DNA of 64,000 nucleotides from the NCBI GenBank assembly GCA_028285525.1, contig JANQOZ010000106.1:18822-82821 (forward strand). The letters run 5' to 3'. The stretch is from Lysobacterales bacterium. GTDB taxonomy: Bacteria; Pseudomonadota; Gammaproteobacteria; Xanthomonadales; SZUA-38. The notes beneath the pieces were generated by a model. The model ran no database searches, was not told the origin of the DNA, and saw only the letters and a program-made list of their open reading frames with translations. Shown here piece by piece: positions 11,431-23,704 of the stretch (the stretch's first letter is position 1; each line of letters starts with the position of its first letter). Position numbers and translations under genes: made by a program.

Positions 11431-11901
11431 ATGAACATGAACCTCACGCTAATCGGTCAGAGCATTGCGATGATCGTGTTCGTGCTGTTCTGCATGAAGT
11501 ACATCTGGCCGCCGATTGTGAATGCGCTGGAAACCCGGCGTAAGAACATTGCGGACGGACTGGCAGCAGCCAGCGAGTCGGGGCTCAAGCTGGAGCAGGC
11601 GGAGAAAGAAGCCGCTGAGATGGTGGGCAGCGCCCGCCAGCAGGCCAGCGAAATTGTTGAGCAGGCCAACCGTCGCGCCGTCCAGATTGTGGAAGAAGCA
11701 CGCAACGACGCCATCGGTGAGCGAGAGCGGCAGGTGGCTGCGGCGGCGAGCGACATCGAGCAGGAGGTCAACCGGGCGCGCGAAGAGCTGTCCGGTAAGG
11801 TGGCCGCCCTGGCGGTGGCTGGCGCTGAGCAGCTCCTCGGTCGGGAGATCAACGCCGACGCGCACACCGACCTGCTGGACAAGCTGGCGGCGGAGCTTTA
11901 A
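11431..11901 (+). CDS. atpF: F0F1 ATP synthase subunit b
   Basis: 156 aa with one N-terminal TM helix followed by a long charged helix (EAE/ARQQA-rich), in operon order. Confidence 0.95.
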   Translation: MNMNLTLIGQSIAMIVFVLFCMKYIWPPIVNALETRRKNIADGLAAASESGLKLEQAEKEAAEMVGSARQQASEIVEQANRRAVQIVEEARNDAIGERERQVAAAASDIEQEVNRAREELSGKVAALAVAGAEQLLGREINADAHTDLLDKLAAEL

Positions 11902-11904
11902 GTC

Positions 11905-12435
11905 ATGGCCGACGCCACCACGCTTGCCCGCCCTTACGCCAAAGCTGTTTTCGAGGTAGCACGCAGCGCTGACGCGCTGGGCGCCTGGGCGGATGCGCTG
12001 GCGGTGGCGAGCGCCGGCGCCAGCAGCGAAGCCGTGCTGCAGATGATCGCTGATCCCAACGTGGACAACGACACGCTGCTGCCGATCTTTGCCGCTGCCG
12101 GCGACGCGCCGGAAGGTTACGACAACTTTTTAAGCCTGCTGAACCACAACGACCGGCTGCCGGTTCTGCCGGAGATCGCGAGGCTGTTCGAACAGCTTCG
12201 CGCTGAGGCGGAGCGCACGCTGAACGTCACGGTGCGTTCGGCCACAGAGCTGAGCGAAGAGTATCGCCGGCGCCTGAGCGACAGCCTGGCGAAGAAGTAC
12301 GACAAAAAAATTGCGCTGGAAGCGGTGGTGGACCCGAACATGATCGGTGGTGCCATCATCCAGGCCGGCGACATGGTGATCGACGGGTCGCTCAGACGAA
12401 AGCTGAATCTGCTGTCTGAGTCGCTGAAGCCGTAA
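11905..12435 (+). CDS. atpH: F0F1 ATP synthase subunit delta (OSCP)
   Basis: 176 aa. N-terminal LARPYAKAVFEVA and C-terminal IGGAIIQAGDMVIDGSLRRKL are OSCP signatures. Confidence 0.93.
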   Translation: MADATTLARPYAKAVFEVARSADALGAWADALAVASAGASSEAVLQMIADPNVDNDTLLPIFAAAGDAPEGYDNFLSLLNHNDRLPVLPEIARLFEQLRAEAERTLNVTVRSATELSEEYRRRLSDSLAKKYDKKIALEAVVDPNMIGGAIIQAGDMVIDGSLRRKLNLLSESLKP

Positions 12436-12513
12436 GAGATCACCAACGAGATCAAGCCAGATCATACGTTTTAGCCGCCGGCGGAGAAAAGGCCGGCAAA
12501 GAGGATTGGACCC

Positions 12514-14061
12514 ATGCAAAGCCAACTGAATCCGTCTGAAATCAGCGAGCTGATCAAGCAGCGCATCGACAAGTTCGAAGTTGCTTCGGAAGCCCGCAAC
12601 GAAGGCACCGTGGTCAGCCTGACCGACGGCATCGCCCGCATCCACGGCCTCGCCGACTGTATGCAGGGTGAGATGATCGAGTTCCCGGAAAACACCTTCG
12701 GCCTCGCGCTGAACCTCGAACGCGACTCGGTGGGTGTGGTGGTCCTGGGTGACTACGAGCACATTTCAGAAGGCGACAAGGTGCGTACCACCGGCCGGAT
12801 TCTGGAAGTTCCGGTGGGACCGGGCCTGCTGGGCCGGGTGGTCAACGCTCTGGGCGCGCCCATCGACGGCGGCGCCCCGATCGAGAACGACGGCTTCTCG
12901 CCGATCGAGCAGATTGCGCCGGGCGTGATTGAGCGTCAGTCGGTCGACCAGCCGGTGCAGACCGGGCTGAAGGCCATCGACGCGATGGTCCCGGTTGGAC
13001 GCGGCCAGCGCGAGCTGATCATCGGTGACCGCCAGACGGGTAAGACCGCGGTGGCTGTCGACACCATCATCAACCAGGCCGCCTCCGGCATTAAGTGCAT
13101 CTACGTGGCCATCGGCCAGAAGCGGTCTTCCGTTGCGGCGGTGGCAGCCAAGCTCGCCGAAGCCGGCGCGCTGGAGCACACGATTATCGTCGCCGCCACG
13201 GCGTCCGACTCAGCGGCCATGCAGTACGTTGCTGCTTACTCCGGCTGCGCCATGGGTGAGTACTTCCGCGATCGCGGCGAAGACGCCCTGATCATTTATG
13301 ACGACCTGACCAAGCAGGCCTGGGCTTATCGCCAGGTGTCGCTGCTGCTGCGTCGTCCGCCGGGTCGTGAAGCGTATCCCGGTGACGTGTTTTACCTGCA
13401 CTCGCGCCTGCTGGAGCGGGCCGCGCGGGTCAACACCGACTACGTCGAGAAGTTCACCAACGGCAAGGTCAAAGGCCGCACCGGTTCATTGACCGCACTA
13501 CCGATCATTGAGACGCAGGCCGGTGACGTGTCCGCGTTTGTTCCGACCAACGTGATCTCGATTACGGACGGACAGATCTTCCTCGAGACCGACCTGTTCA
13601 ACGCCGGTATTCGCCCGGCAATTAACGCCGGTCTGTCGGTATCGCGGGTGGGTGGTTCAGCCCAGACCAAGATCATCAAGAAGCTCGGCGGCGGTGTCCG
13701 CCTCGCACTCGCTCAGTATCGCGAGCTGGCGGCGTTTGCTCAGTTTGCTTCCGACCTCGACGAGGCAACCCGGAAGCAGCTCGAGCGAGGCCAGCGCGTG
13801 ACCGAGCTGATGAAGCAGAAGCAGTACTCACCGTTGTCGGTGTCCGAGATGGCGATCTCGCTGTACTCGGCCAACGAAGGCTACCTGGATGACCTCGAGC
13901 TGAGCCAGATTCTGACGTTCGAAGCCGGTCTGCACGATCACCTGCGCAGCAACTACGGTGAGCTCGCTAAGAAGATCGACGAGTCGGGCCCCTGGAACGA
14001 CGAGATCGAGGCGGAGTTCAAGGCCTGCGTGGAAGGCTTCCGCGAAACCGGAAGCTGGTAA
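12514..14061 (+). CDS. atpA: F0F1 ATP synthase subunit alpha
   Basis: 515 aa with Walker A GDRQTGKT and high-identity alpha-subunit motifs throughout. Confidence 0.99.
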   Translation: MQSQLNPSEISELIKQRIDKFEVASEARNEGTVVSLTDGIARIHGLADCMQGEMIEFPENTFGLALNLERDSVGVVVLGDYEHISEGDKVRTTGRILEVPVGPGLLGRVVNALGAPIDGGAPIENDGFSPIEQIAPGVIERQSVDQPVQTGLKAIDAMVPVGRGQRELIIGDRQTGKTAVAVDTIINQAASGIKCIYVAIGQKRSSVAAVAAKLAEAGALEHTIIVAATASDSAAMQYVAAYSGCAMGEYFRDRGEDALIIYDDLTKQAWAYRQVSLLLRRPPGREAYPGDVFYLHSRLLERAARVNTDYVEKFTNGKVKGRTGSLTALPIIETQAGDVSAFVPTNVISITDGQIFLETDLFNAGIRPAINAGLSVSRVGGSAQTKIIKKLGGGVRLALAQYRELAAFAQFASDLDEATRKQLERGQRVTELMKQKQYSPLSVSEMAISLYSANEGYLDDLELSQILTFEAGLHDHLRSNYGELAKKIDESGPWNDEIEAEFKACVEGFRETGSW

Positions 14062-14103
14062 GCAGACGAGCGACTGACGTAAGGCATTAGATAGGAACAG
14101 CTT

Positions 14104-14970
14104 ATGGCCGGTGCCCGCGAAATTCGGACCAAGATCAAGAGCGTCAACAACACCAAGAAGGTGACGAAGGCGCTGGAGATGGTGTCCGCGTCCAAGATCC
14201 GCAAAGCGCAGGATCAGATGGCCCGCACGCGTCCGTACACCCAGATGATGAAGCAGGTGGCCGGGCACATCGCCAAGGCCAATCCCGAGTACACGCACCC
14301 GTTTATGGTCGAGCGTGACGAGGTGAAAAACGTCGGCTTTGTCATCGTCTCTACCGACCGCGGCCTCTGCGGCGGCCTGAACACCAACCTGTTCAAGAAG
14401 GTGCTGGCTCCCATGCGGGAGTACGAAATGGAGAAGGGCGCCAAGGTGTCGATCGTGACCATCGGCCAGAAGGCGAATCAGTTCTTTCAGCGTCTGGGCG
14501 GCAACATCGTTGCGCACAAGTCGCACCTGGGCGAGACGCCGCAGCTGGCCGACGTGATCGGCGTGGTCAAAACGATGCTCGACGCGTACCGCGAAGGGCA
14601 GATGGATCGGGTGTATCTGGTGTACAACGATTTTGTGAACACCATGACTCAGACGCCGCAGGTGGAGCAGCTGCTGCCGCTGCCGCCCGACCACGACGAG
14701 CAGGTGCACCGCGGCTGGGACTACATCTACGAGCCGGACGCCAACGTGGTGCTGGACGACGTGCTGGTGCGCTACATCGAGGTGCTTGTGTACCAGGCCA
14801 CGGTGGAAAACCTGGCCAGCGAGCACGCGGCGCGCATGATCGCCATGAAGGCGGCAAGCGATAACGCCAATGAGCTGATCGACGATCTGACGCTCGCCTA
14901 CAACAAGGCGCGCCAGGCGGCGATCACGCAGGAACTTTCAGAGATTGTGGGTGGCGCCGCGGCGGTCTAA
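14104..14970 (+). CDS. atpG: F0F1 ATP synthase subunit gamma
   Basis: 288 aa. N-terminal [27 protein letters not shown] and C-terminal [14 protein letters not shown] are gamma-subunit signatures. Confidence 0.98.
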   Translation: MAGAREIRTKIKSVNNTKKVTKALEMVSASKIRKAQDQMARTRPYTQMMKQVAGHIAKANPEYTHPFMVERDEVKNVGFVIVSTDRGLCGGLNTNLFKKVLAPMREYEMEKGAKVSIVTIGQKANQFFQRLGGNIVAHKSHLGETPQLADVIGVVKTMLDAYREGQMDRVYLVYNDFVNTMTQTPQVEQLLPLPPDHDEQVHRGWDYIYEPDANVVLDDVLVRYIEVLVYQATVENLASEHAARMIAMKAASDNANELIDDLTLAYNKARQAAITQELSEIVGGAAAV

Positions 14971-14980
14971 GCCGGCATAG

Positions 14981-16414
<1,434 letters not shown>

Positions 16415-16511
16415 GGCTTCGCCTTAAGCGGAGCGGGCGTAGTCGCAAAGCGACGAAGCCCCTCGGGTCAGAAAACCCCAGAAGTTGGAATAGGAAGAAC
16501 CGGAGAAAACC

Positions 16512-16940
16512 ATGGCCACCCTAACCTGCAATATCGTGAGCGCCCAGGAAGAGCTTTACTCGGGCGTGGCCAAAATGGTGGTGGCCTCCGGTGAAATGGG
16601 TGAGCTGGGCATCATGCCCCGGCACACCCCGCTGATCACCCGCCTCAAGCCGGGGCAGGTCCGCGTCGTGCAGGAAGACGACGAGGAAGAGTTCCTCTAT
16701 ATCTCCGGCGGCCTGATGGAAGTTCAGCCGCACGTCGTGACCATCCTGGCCGACACGGCGATCCGCGCCGGCGACCTCGACGAAGCCGCGGCCCTTGCCG
16801 CCAAAGAGGAAGCCGAGCGGACGCTGGCTGACAAAGAAGTCGGCATGGACTACGCCAAGGCGCAGGCTGAGCTGGCCGAAGCTGTTGCCCAGCTTGCAGC
16901 GCTCGAGCGTCTTCGCAAGGCGGTCAAGCGCTCCCGCTAA
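16512..16940 (+). CDS. atpC: F0F1 ATP synthase subunit epsilon
   Basis: 142 aa with the N-terminal beta-sandwich ([11 protein letters not shown]...[14 protein letters not shown]) and a C-terminal helical hairpin. It is the last gene of the operon. Confidence 0.97.
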   Translation: MATLTCNIVSAQEELYSGVAKMVVASGEMGELGIMPRHTPLITRLKPGQVRVVQEDDEEEFLYISGGLMEVQPHVVTILADTAIRAGDLDEAAALAAKEEAERTLADKEVGMDYAKAQAELAEAVAQLAALERLRKAVKRSR

Positions 16941-16944
16941 ACGT

Positions 16945-16997
16945 GGGGTCAGAGTAAAGGGACAGAGTAAAATACTCTGTCCCTTTACTCTGACCCC
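16945..16997. terminator. 25-bp perfect stem / 3-nt loop hairpin between convergent atpC and the SDR-like gene (probable bidirectional transcription stop or REP-like element)
   Basis: ggggtcagagtaaagggacagagta (16945-16969), loop aaa, then tactctgtccctttactctgacccc (16973-16997), an exact reverse complement. Each arm contains cagagtaaa twice. There is no U-tract on either strand. Confidence 0.55.
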
Positions 16998-16998
16998 G

Positions 16999-17826
16999 TC
17001 AATCTTGATCACGTCTGTTTTCCCAAGCATCGCTGAATTGTTTGATGGCTGACGTCGGAAGTCGCGTTCCGTGGCTGGTGGCGTCGCGTCGGGCGCTAAT
17101 CTCCAGCATGGCCTGACCAATCTGCCTTGCTTTGATCGCCACGCCCACGGGTGCAAACACGCCATATAAGATCTGCTGCCCCAAGTGAGCTTCCGCCTCC
17201 GTTGGACCGATATAGTCTGGGCGATAAAACACGGCGGTGATCGCGGTGCCCTCCGTCAGTCCTTCAATCGTTTTCTCCGCGCGAATCTTTTCCCGCACCC
17301 ACATGGTGTCCGAATTCTCGGAGATATCGCTGGAGCTGATGTAGTGGAAACTGACGCGCGGCCTCTCGGTAACCTCAAGCCAGTGGCGAACAAACTGCGC
17401 CGGAAAATCCACGTGAATCTTGCCGTACGTCTCCTCATCGACACCCAGCGAACTGGTGCCGAGCGCCCAGAACACGGCTTCGACGTCCGCCAGCTGGTTG
17501 ATGACAGTGCTGTAGTCGAGATAGTCCAGGTGCTGGGTCATAACAACCTTGCCAGCAGCAACGCCCGCTTCGATGCGAGGGGACGGCCGACGCGTAACGA
17601 CATGGATCTGCCTAACGCCAGGATCCGCCAGAGCCGCTTCCAGGATGCCGTCTCCGGCCGTGCCCGTTGCCCCAAAGATCGCGATGGTTTCGTGGCCCGC
17701 CGGTGGGCCGTCAAATGCCGGAGCTTCGCGAGTATCGGTGGCCACCAGATACACCCCGGTCAGGTAGAACAACACCAGCCCACCAATAAGCACCAGAAAT
17801 ATTGATCGCAAACGAGGTCGTTTCAT
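16999..17826 (-). CDS. Membrane-anchored NAD(P)H-binding atypical SDR / NmrA-like protein
   Basis: The ATG at 17826 gives MKRPRLRSIFLVLIGGLVLFY (TM anchor), followed by the Rossmann motif IAIFGATGTAGDGILEAAL. The track ORF starts 38 codons further upstream. Confidence 0.75.
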   Translation of the reverse strand: MKRPRLRSIFLVLIGGLVLFYLTGVYLVATDTREAPAFDGPPAGHETIAIFGATGTAGDGILEAALADPGVRQIHVVTRRPSPRIEAGVAAGKVVMTQHLDYLDYSTVINQLADVEAVFWALGTSSLGVDEETYGKIHVDFPAQFVRHWLEVTERPRVSFHYISSSDISENSDTMWVREKIRAEKTIEGLTEGTAITAVFYRPDYIGPTEAEAHLGQQILYGVFAPVGVAIKARQIGQAMLEISARRDATSHGTRLPTSAIKQFSDAWENRRDQD

Positions 17827-18011
17827 CAATTTGCCTATAGTATTCCCGCCAGGTCCCGCGAGACGCTCTGGGTTAACCACTATGGCTAAAAAGAAACGCC
17901 AAGAAACGTGGCCAAAGTAGTAGTCGGTGCTCCTAAACACCTGGGGCCTGCACCGTGAAATTTGCGCCAGCGACTTCTAAACTGAGCGTTTTCCAGGCAA
18001 GTAGCGTCGCC

Positions 18012-19277
18012 ATGGCTTTCAGGCAAACCCCAGAACTTCGGAAGCTAAGTCATGCTGTTGCCGCACTATTCCTTGCGATCTTGCTTATACCTATGACATC
18101 CAACGCTCAACCCGCCTCGGGCAGACTAGCAAATGCGGACCAAATCGATCGCTACCTGGCTAAGCAGGTCCGTTCCACAAAGATCCCTGGCTTAGTAGCG
18201 CTCGTCATCGACAAGAACGGTGAGCTTTACTCGGCGGCTTTCGGTCAACGAGACGTTGCGAACCAAACGCCGATGACTATGGACACGATCTTCCGCATTG
18301 CCTCAATGACCAAGCCCATTGCGGCAACGGCGGTCATGATGCTGGTAGAGGATGGGCAGCTCGCCCTTGATGACCCAATTGCCGACTATATTCCGGCGTA
18401 CGCGGAGCCAAGAGTACTCGTCGAATTTGACCCTGAAACCACCGAATACACCACCCGTCCCGCGGCCACCCCAATGACCATCCGACACCTGCTGTCGCAT
18501 TCGTCGGGCATGGCGTACGGATTCTCTAACCAGATCAATGGGGCGATCAGACAGGCCAATCCCGAGCTGGACCAGCAAACGTTGCCGTTGCTCCACGATC
18601 CGGGGACCAGCTGGTCTTACGGGCAAGGCATCAGCCAGGCGGGAATTGCACTCGAGCACCTCACCGGAATGGGCCTGGAACGCATCCTACAAGAAAGATT
18701 GTTTCAGCCGTTGGGAATGACTGAGACGTCCTACATCGTTTCTAGAACCAACCAGCACCGGGTCGCCACGCTGCATCGGTTGGACGACTCGGGACTTATA
18801 GAAATTCCCAACCCGATTGATATTCGATCGACGGCGAATGGCGATCGCGGTCTACACAGCACTGCACGCGACTACGCCAGGTTTATTCAGCTGATGCTCA
18901 ATGACGGCGTCGCGCCAAATGGAAAGCGCCTGCTCAGCAGCAGGACGATCGGGGAGATGAGTCGCAATCAGCTTGGATCAGTGCGTATTTCCTTACAGCA
19001 GGGCAATCAGCCAGATTGGTCGAAACCCTTTCCGCTCGGTGTAGACCGCGACACCTTCGGCTTGGGCTTCCAGATCACCGGTTCTCATGCGAACGAAGAC
19101 CAACGACCACCGCGCAGCTTGAGCTGGGCAGGCCTCCTCAACACGCAGTTCTGGATTGACAGAACCAACGGGATCGGCGGAATCCTCCTGATGCAATACC
19201 TACCGTTCTACGACGAAGACGCCATAGAAACACTGAAAGGGTTTGAAACGCTGGTTTACCGTGGTCTTGAGCCTTAA
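18012..19277 (+). CDS. Serine hydrolase, class C beta-lactamase / penicillin-binding-protein family
   Basis: Signal peptide present after the ATG at 18012. The SxxK active-site motif is in context (FRIASMTKPIAA), and LLSHSSGM is typical of the family. Confidence 0.85.
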   Translation: MAFRQTPELRKLSHAVAALFLAILLIPMTSNAQPASGRLANADQIDRYLAKQVRSTKIPGLVALVIDKNGELYSAAFGQRDVANQTPMTMDTIFRIASMTKPIAATAVMMLVEDGQLALDDPIADYIPAYAEPRVLVEFDPETTEYTTRPAATPMTIRHLLSHSSGMAYGFSNQINGAIRQANPELDQQTLPLLHDPGTSWSYGQGISQAGIALEHLTGMGLERILQERLFQPLGMTETSYIVSRTNQHRVATLHRLDDSGLIEIPNPIDIRSTANGDRGLHSTARDYARFIQLMLNDGVAPNGKRLLSSRTIGEMSRNQLGSVRISLQQGNQPDWSKPFPLGVDRDTFGLGFQITGSHANEDQRPPRSLSWAGLLNTQFWIDRTNGIGGILLMQYLPFYDEDAIETLKGFETLVYRGLEP

Positions 19278-19298
19278 GCGCCATTACCAGAGCAACGC

Positions 19299-20189
19299 AT
19301 GATGTTTTCTTTCAAACGCAGAAAGAAGCACCTTGAGCCAGCGCGATCGTCTTTCGATCTGTCTGCGTTTGTCTCTCCCACATCAAACTATGCTCAACCG
19401 GACTGGGCAAAAATATCTGCGTACCAGCAGCAAACTGATGAGGATCCAGTCCAGTTCTGGAATGCGGTAGCCCATGCCTGGACCCAGCGTGTCGCGTCTG
19501 ACACTCACAAGACATTGCAGTCTGAGAACTTTCTTCTGGTCTATCCAAAAACCGTCAGCAAACCCGGCATGCTCTTGGACTATTCCGAAGCAACGCGCCA
19601 AAGGATTCTGAGGCGACTGCCGGGAATCGCTCTGGACGAAGGCCACGGGATCTGGGTGATCTTCGTATTCGACAATGCGGACCTCTACGACCAGTACCAG
19701 GAAGCCGCCTACGGCAGGGCATCTGCCATCCCCAGCTCCGGGCTGTTCGTCAATGATGGCTATGGGCACTTCCTGTTTCCTTACCTCGACCAGGGATTCA
19801 GTGAGGGCGTGGTCGCGCATGAACTCACACACGCCCTGATGAGCCACCTTCCCCAGGCACCGTTATGGGTACACGAGGGAGTAGCGGTAAACATGGAGCA
19901 CGACCTTGCCGGATCAGCCCCCCTGGAATATGACAAATTTCGACAGTCGCAGTGGACCAAGGCCACAATCAAGAAGCTTTTCAACGGCAAAGCATTCCAA
20001 GACGTAAAGTTGTCCGAACATGCTTACCTAACGGCGCGACTGCTCGTCATGAGCCTGGTCAAATTAGACTACAACCGCTTCACGGGATTTGTTCAGGAGG
20101 CGCGGCAGGAGGACGGCGGGTTTGCCGCAGCACGAAAATGGTTTGATGTCGATCTCAGCGAGATGGCTGACCATCTCGCCCATTCTTGA
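19299..20189 (+). CDS. Putative zinc metallopeptidase, peptidase-MA-like (HExxH...EG)
   Basis: 296 aa. VVAHELTHALMSHLPQAPLWVHEGVAVNME matches the HExxH plus downstream WxxEG pattern of MA-clan peptidase-like domains. No signal peptide. Confidence 0.55.
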   Translation: MMFSFKRRKKHLEPARSSFDLSAFVSPTSNYAQPDWAKISAYQQQTDEDPVQFWNAVAHAWTQRVASDTHKTLQSENFLLVYPKTVSKPGMLLDYSEATRQRILRRLPGIALDEGHGIWVIFVFDNADLYDQYQEAAYGRASAIPSSGLFVNDGYGHFLFPYLDQGFSEGVVAHELTHALMSHLPQAPLWVHEGVAVNMEHDLAGSAPLEYDKFRQSQWTKATIKKLFNGKAFQDVKLSEHAYLTARLLVMSLVKLDYNRFTGFVQEARQEDGGFAAARKWFDVDLSEMADHLAHS

Positions 20190-20586
20190 GTGCTCCCCGA
20201 CCATGCCGCTTACGAGTTTCGATGAATCCCACAGATCTTGTGCCCTAACTGCGAATTTTTGCGTAGTGGGTGACATCAGATCAGGGAACAGCAAGGCCGG
20301 CTTTCCAGTTATGCACTGATGTGTGCGGTAAGCGGTGATGGAACAAATACAGTGGCTTCTGCATCACGAATCGCGACAAGAATCTGTTCATCGGTAAATC
20401 AGCGTTTCGTCATTCGGTTTTCCTTGTTCAGTGGAGAGCCAAAATTGGTATTAGTCCACTCAGCTGAGAGCACTCCACGATCATTCAGATCATAGGAGCG
20501 GGGACGCTGAGAGATTCTTGTCCAGAACTGCACTTGTGAGATAGAGCCTGGGCAAACGTCACAAGTACTAACCTCTCGGCGAGGCG

Positions 20587-20613
20587 ACAACGGGCCCAGC
20601 GGACAATACGTTA
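20587..20613 (+). promoter_or_regulatory. Candidate ECF-type promoter (ACAAC-N17-CGTTA) upstream of the M6 protease gene
   Basis: ACAAC at 20587-20591 and CGTTA at 20609-20613, about 20 nt upstream of the ATG at 20634. This is a pattern match only. Confidence 0.25.
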
Positions 20614-20633
20614 CGTGGCTGAATGGTAGACCA

Positions 20634-22097
20634 ATGACTAGTATCTTTAATGAGACTTTGGAATTCACCCAGGAACATGGTGCAAACATAGAATTGCTGG
20701 TTAATGGTGACGAGTTCTATGCTCGATATGAAAATTTAGACGGATACACCGTCGTTTATGACCGCGAGATGGGCCAGTTTTGTTTTGCTGAGCTATTCAA
20801 TGGCACTCTAATCTCGAGCCGCATCCCCGTTAGGCGAAGGCCTCCAAAACGAATTCGGAAACACTTAAGGGACTCTTCGCGGAGGCGAAACGCGATATTT
20901 GAGCGCCGATTTGATTTGCTCCAACCACCAGCCCGACCTGTCTCCCCCGCCCATACGCTGCAGACATTTGGTCCCGACAACGGTCTTTTGAACGGTCGGC
21001 GAGTGAGCCAAGGTCCAGTCCGAGGCTTAGTCGTCTTGGTGGAGTTTTCAGACTTCCACGTCAACGTCAGTAACCAGCAAGTCTCCGACATTCTTAATGC
21101 CCATGGATACGACTCCTACGGCAACTACTGTTCGGTGAGAGACTATTTCTCTGAAATGTCCGGTGGATTGCTCGACTATACCAACGAAGTCGTTGGGCCG
21201 ATTCGGCTGCCAAAGCCTCGTCAGTATTACGCAACAAATCCCATGTTTAAGACGGTACTAGACGAAGTTGCGGCTACTGGTATCGATCTCAGCAACTTTG
21301 ACTCCCGCGATGAAAACATTATTGATGCCATTTCTTTCATCTACGCTGGACGTACTCTTTATCAGGACTGGCTGTGGCCGCACAATCACATCCTGAACTG
21401 GGGCCACGGAGGCTACCGCGCGAACTTTTATCAGGTAAGTAGCCTGGGCGACGACGTTTCCACGATGAGTATTGGAACTTTTGCTCATGAAACCGGGCAC
21501 ATGCTTTGTCGATTTCCAGATCTCTATGACTACGGAAGCCGCGATGGCGATTTTGAGAAAAGCGCTGGCATGGGGCGATTTTGCTTAATGAGTTCGGGAA
21601 ATCACTTGGATGCTGGAAAAACGCCGGCTCCGATCTGCGCTTACCTTCGTGATCTGGCGGGGTGGTGCCGACGAAAAAAAATCAACCGTCGCGGTCAGTA
21701 CCATGCTGAGCATGGCAAATATAACGAAGTGCACTTTTTCGAGACCGATCGACTGAACGAGTATTTTTTGATTGAAAATCGCTCACAGCTAGGCCTGGAT
21801 ACCCACCTACCATCATCTGGTTTGGCTGTTTATCACTGCGATACGCTTGGTTCGAACGAATGGCAAGGCGGCACTGCCGAAAAACATTATCAATGCGGTC
21901 TACTTCAGGCTGACGGGCATCTCGATTTGGAACATAACGCAAACGTTGGCGACAGCGGTGATCTTTTCAGTGAGCGAACGGGAAGCTTTCTTGCCCGCAA
22001 CACCGCTCCGTCGTCCTTACTCTGGGATGGGTCAGATTCGGGATTGACTCTAAGAAACTGTTCGGCGCCAGGGCATTTGATGACCTTTGAAACATGA
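20634..22097 (+). CDS. M6-family (immune inhibitor A-like) metalloprotease domain protein, no signal peptide
   Basis: 487 aa. The zinc motif is in typical context (IGTFAHETGHMLCRFPDLYDY). Upstream VVLVEFSD and downstream YFLIENR / GLAVYHCD resemble the M6 domain core. Confidence 0.8.
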   Translation: MTSIFNETLEFTQEHGANIELLVNGDEFYARYENLDGYTVVYDREMGQFCFAELFNGTLISSRIPVRRRPPKRIRKHLRDSSRRRNAIFERRFDLLQPPARPVSPAHTLQTFGPDNGLLNGRRVSQGPVRGLVVLVEFSDFHVNVSNQQVSDILNAHGYDSYGNYCSVRDYFSEMSGGLLDYTNEVVGPIRLPKPRQYYATNPMFKTVLDEVAATGIDLSNFDSRDENIIDAISFIYAGRTLYQDWLWPHNHILNWGHGGYRANFYQVSSLGDDVSTMSIGTFAHETGHMLCRFPDLYDYGSRDGDFEKSAGMGRFCLMSSGNHLDAGKTPAPICAYLRDLAGWCRRKKINRRGQYHAEHGKYNEVHFFETDRLNEYFLIENRSQLGLDTHLPSSGLAVYHCDTLGSNEWQGGTAEKHYQCGLLQADGHLDLEHNANVGDSGDLFSERTGSFLARNTAPSSLLWDGSDSGLTLRNCSAPGHLMTFET

Positions 22098-22302
22098 TGT
22101 TTTCCTCTGATTCAATTCTCCAAGGTGTATTTGCGATGAACTGTGCGAAGAATTGGCTTCGAGATTGTATGAGAGGAATAGAGACGCGGTCGCACTTGAT
22201 TTGAAAATCAATAACGAAACCTGGTTGTCGCACCGGTAAAGTTCTTCAAGAACCGACCGTATCGAATCCGGTTTCGGTTCGGGAACAAAGGGGTTAAGTC
22301 AA

Positions 22303-23685
22303 ATGTCATTTTTGCTTCAAATGCCACCACTTGCAGATGATGGCCTGCCACAGCTATGTGGGTCACCTACTGACATAGACCCCCTGTTTCCCAACCTAAA
22401 TCCAGCCCCAACCCTCGACCATATTCTCTATCAAGATATTCGAGGCCATATGCTGAGCAGTCGCCATATCCCTCCTTCGGGCGATGAGACGTCCGCTATT
22501 GCCACATATCTGGGACAAATGATTGCTCACGAAATTGTTCCGAGTTCCACGCTGTTCCCTGATCTTGAGGTCGAGCGGACCATGAACCTGGGCAGCCTTT
22601 ACGGGCACTCGGGACCCCACAACCCTCGCCCACCTTTCGACGCTGCGGGGCGTTTCATCATCGGCAAGCTGCCTGGAGACCAGTTTTTGGGGTCAGATCT
22701 ACCACGTGATTGCTATACGGGGAGGGCCCTCATAGCGGATCCACGCAATGACGAGAACCACCTCGTATCTCAAATGCACACCACCTGGCTTCGTTTTCAT
22801 AACTGCCTGGTAGATCACGCAACGAACAATTCGAAGGCAAAGCCTTTTGAATACGCTAAAGAGATCACGATCAAGGCATTTCAATTTGTAGCAATAACGG
22901 ATTTTCTGTTTCAAGTCGTCGATCCAGCCGTGTACCGACGTTGCACAAGTACAGGGCCTCACATCCTAAACGGAGACAGCTTCGACCGTATCCCAGATTC
23001 GTTTGCCTTCGCTGGTTTCCGTTTTGGCCACAGCATGGTGCGAGACTCATACACTCTCAACCGTAGATATGGTCGACGACGTATTCACAAAATGCCGGAT
23101 CTTTTCGCTGCATTTCGGGATGAGCCTTTCACGGTCGAAGAAATCGTTGATTGGCACACTCTTGATCAACAACCGGCACATAAAATTGATTGCGGCATTG
23201 TCAACGCGATGAATAAACCCCCATTTGATGGATCGCAGGCTTCAATCGTTGAAATCAACTTAGCTCAAGGTCGACATCTTCCTGCGGGCTACGATTGTGC
23301 TTCGTTCATTGCAAACGACTACCCAGACCTTGCCTCAGATGCAGGGTTAACTCCGCTCAACCAAGACTCATTACGAACGGGTCGGCTGCATTCACTAAGG
23401 CTACATATAGAGACACTTCCTCTGTGGCTCTATGTGCTCCAGGAGGCGCGAGTCTCCAGATATGCGGGCGATCGACTTGGACCTTTGGGGGGAATCATCG
23501 TCGCCGAGGTTTTGTCTTCCTCGGTGAAAATGAGCCCTCACTCAATATCTCAACTGTTGCCCCAGTCTTTTGATAGCTGGCTCAACAGCCTGGGCTTGTT
23601 TGGAGAGTTTCTTGGGCGGAGCGCCCGGCCCCGAAGGTATGGGATCAAGTTTCTCGACGTTGTCGAATTCATACAGTCGCGTTAA
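22303..23685 (+). CDS. Animal-type haem peroxidase family protein (peroxidase-cyclooxygenase superfamily)
   Basis: Distal-His motif LGQMIAHEI, catalytic Arg/Asn block RNDENHLVSQMHTTWLRFHN, and proximal-His motif FAGFRFGHSMV. No signal peptide. Confidence 0.8.
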   Translation: MSFLLQMPPLADDGLPQLCGSPTDIDPLFPNLNPAPTLDHILYQDIRGHMLSSRHIPPSGDETSAIATYLGQMIAHEIVPSSTLFPDLEVERTMNLGSLYGHSGPHNPRPPFDAAGRFIIGKLPGDQFLGSDLPRDCYTGRALIADPRNDENHLVSQMHTTWLRFHNCLVDHATNNSKAKPFEYAKEITIKAFQFVAITDFLFQVVDPAVYRRCTSTGPHILNGDSFDRIPDSFAFAGFRFGHSMVRDSYTLNRRYGRRRIHKMPDLFAAFRDEPFTVEEIVDWHTLDQQPAHKIDCGIVNAMNKPPFDGSQASIVEINLAQGRHLPAGYDCASFIANDYPDLASDAGLTPLNQDSLRTGRLHSLRLHIETLPLWLYVLQEARVSRYAGDRLGPLGGIIVAEVLSSSVKMSPHSISQLLPQSFDSWLNSLGLFGEFLGRSARPRRYGIKFLDVVEFIQSR

Positions 23686-23704
23686 TCAAAAAAGGGAAAA
23701 TGAA

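Noticed and set aside
16415-16511. 97-nt atpD-atpC spacer with two small palindromes (ttaaggcttcgccttaa; gtcgcaaagcgac)
   Set aside because: The stems are short (5-7 bp), with no repeat copies elsewhere in the window and no ORF. It is most simply an mRNA-stability or translational-coupling spacer, so I did not report it as a feature.
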